DNA of 32,000 nucleotides. Origin: Candidatus Flavonifractor intestinigallinarum. GTDB lineage: Bacteria > Bacillota > Clostridia > Oscillospirales > Oscillospiraceae. The notes below the pieces were generated by a model. The model ran no database searches and was not told the origin of the DNA. It saw only the letters and a list, made by a program, of their open reading frames with translations. The stretch spans positions 8,356 through 40,355 of the forward strand of contig DWXO01000087.1 of assembly GCA_019119165.1 (NCBI GenBank), given 5' to 3'. Shown here one piece after another: positions 31,995 through 32,000 of this stretch (position 1 is the first letter of the stretch; each line of letters starts with the position of its first letter). The position numbers were made by a program, and so were the translations under genes.

Positions 31995-32000
31995 TGTCAG

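Larger units (their letters stand above)
28956..32000. mobile_element. Probable edge of an integrated mobile/conjugative element (partial; no recombinase in window)
   Basis: An AT-rich junction (28956-29120) is followed by genes with visibly lower GC3. The gene set is a small helical protein, a secreted Pro/Glu-rich protein, a sigma-70-family factor and a Cys-cluster protein. I recall this type of set as Firmicutes ICE/transposon cargo. This is inference only. Confidence 0.35.

Noticed and set aside
1-32000. CRISPR arrays, tRNA/rRNA genes, IS elements or inverted terminal repeats
   Set aside because: I found no regularly spaced direct repeats, no cloverleaf-like or rRNA-like segments, and no transposase or integrase-like translations in any frame of the track.

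Overview
GC-rich segment with strongly GC3-biased codons. It looks like a Clostridia/Oscillospiraceae-type gut anaerobe, but that taxon is only a guess from protein similarity recalled from memory. All homology calls come from reading the translations; no searches were run. The window falls into four blocks. (1) 1-7.5 kb is an envelope-signalling block. It holds a partial lipoprotein, an ECF-type sigma factor fused in one polypeptide to a TM helix and a leucine-rich-repeat ectodomain, a small acidic coiled-coil protein, a double zinc-ribbon membrane protein, and an ABC ATPase with a tandem-fused ABC-2 permease. (2) 7.5-21 kb is the most interesting part: a catabolic island wired entirely through sigma-54. 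I can read six -24/-12 promoters (TGGCAT-N5-TTGC), eight copies of the dyad TGTTGC-N6-GCAACA in four intergenic regions, and a PAS/AAA+/Fis enhancer-binding protein with a GAFTGA loop. The genes are a BKACE (beta-keto acid cleavage enzyme), 4-hydroxybutyryl-CoA dehydratase (AbfD), a NifU-like protein, a small Cys-rich protein, thiolase, Fe-alcohol dehydrogenase, an MFS transporter, a ferredoxin-nitroreductase fusion, a 3-hydroxyacyl dehydrogenase, a DUF362-like protein, a 90-aa unknown and a cyclase-family metal hydrolase. The cyclase + dehydrogenase + BKACE + thiolase core resembles the anaerobic phloroglucinol ring-cleavage route. The SDR-type reductase of that route is absent from the window, and extra redox/AbfD modules are present, so I propose a variant or undescribed ring-cleavage / beta-keto-acid pathway. 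(3) 21.3-29 kb starts with a strong sigma-70 promoter and a two-part leader: an unclassified structured element with its own terminator, then a clear cobalamin riboswitch with its terminator. The leader controls a 4x tandem-repeat protein, an Opp/Nik-type ABC importer (one permease is fused in frame to the lipoprotein substrate-binding protein) and an M14 deacylase. (4) 29-32 kb is a visibly lower-GC block resembling mobile-element cargo: two small coupled genes, and convergent to them a translationally coupled Cys-cluster protein and sigma-70-family factor. I saw no rRNA, tRNA, CRISPR array, transposase or integrase. Many long ORFs in the track are antisense or alternate-frame shadows of real genes and are rejected.
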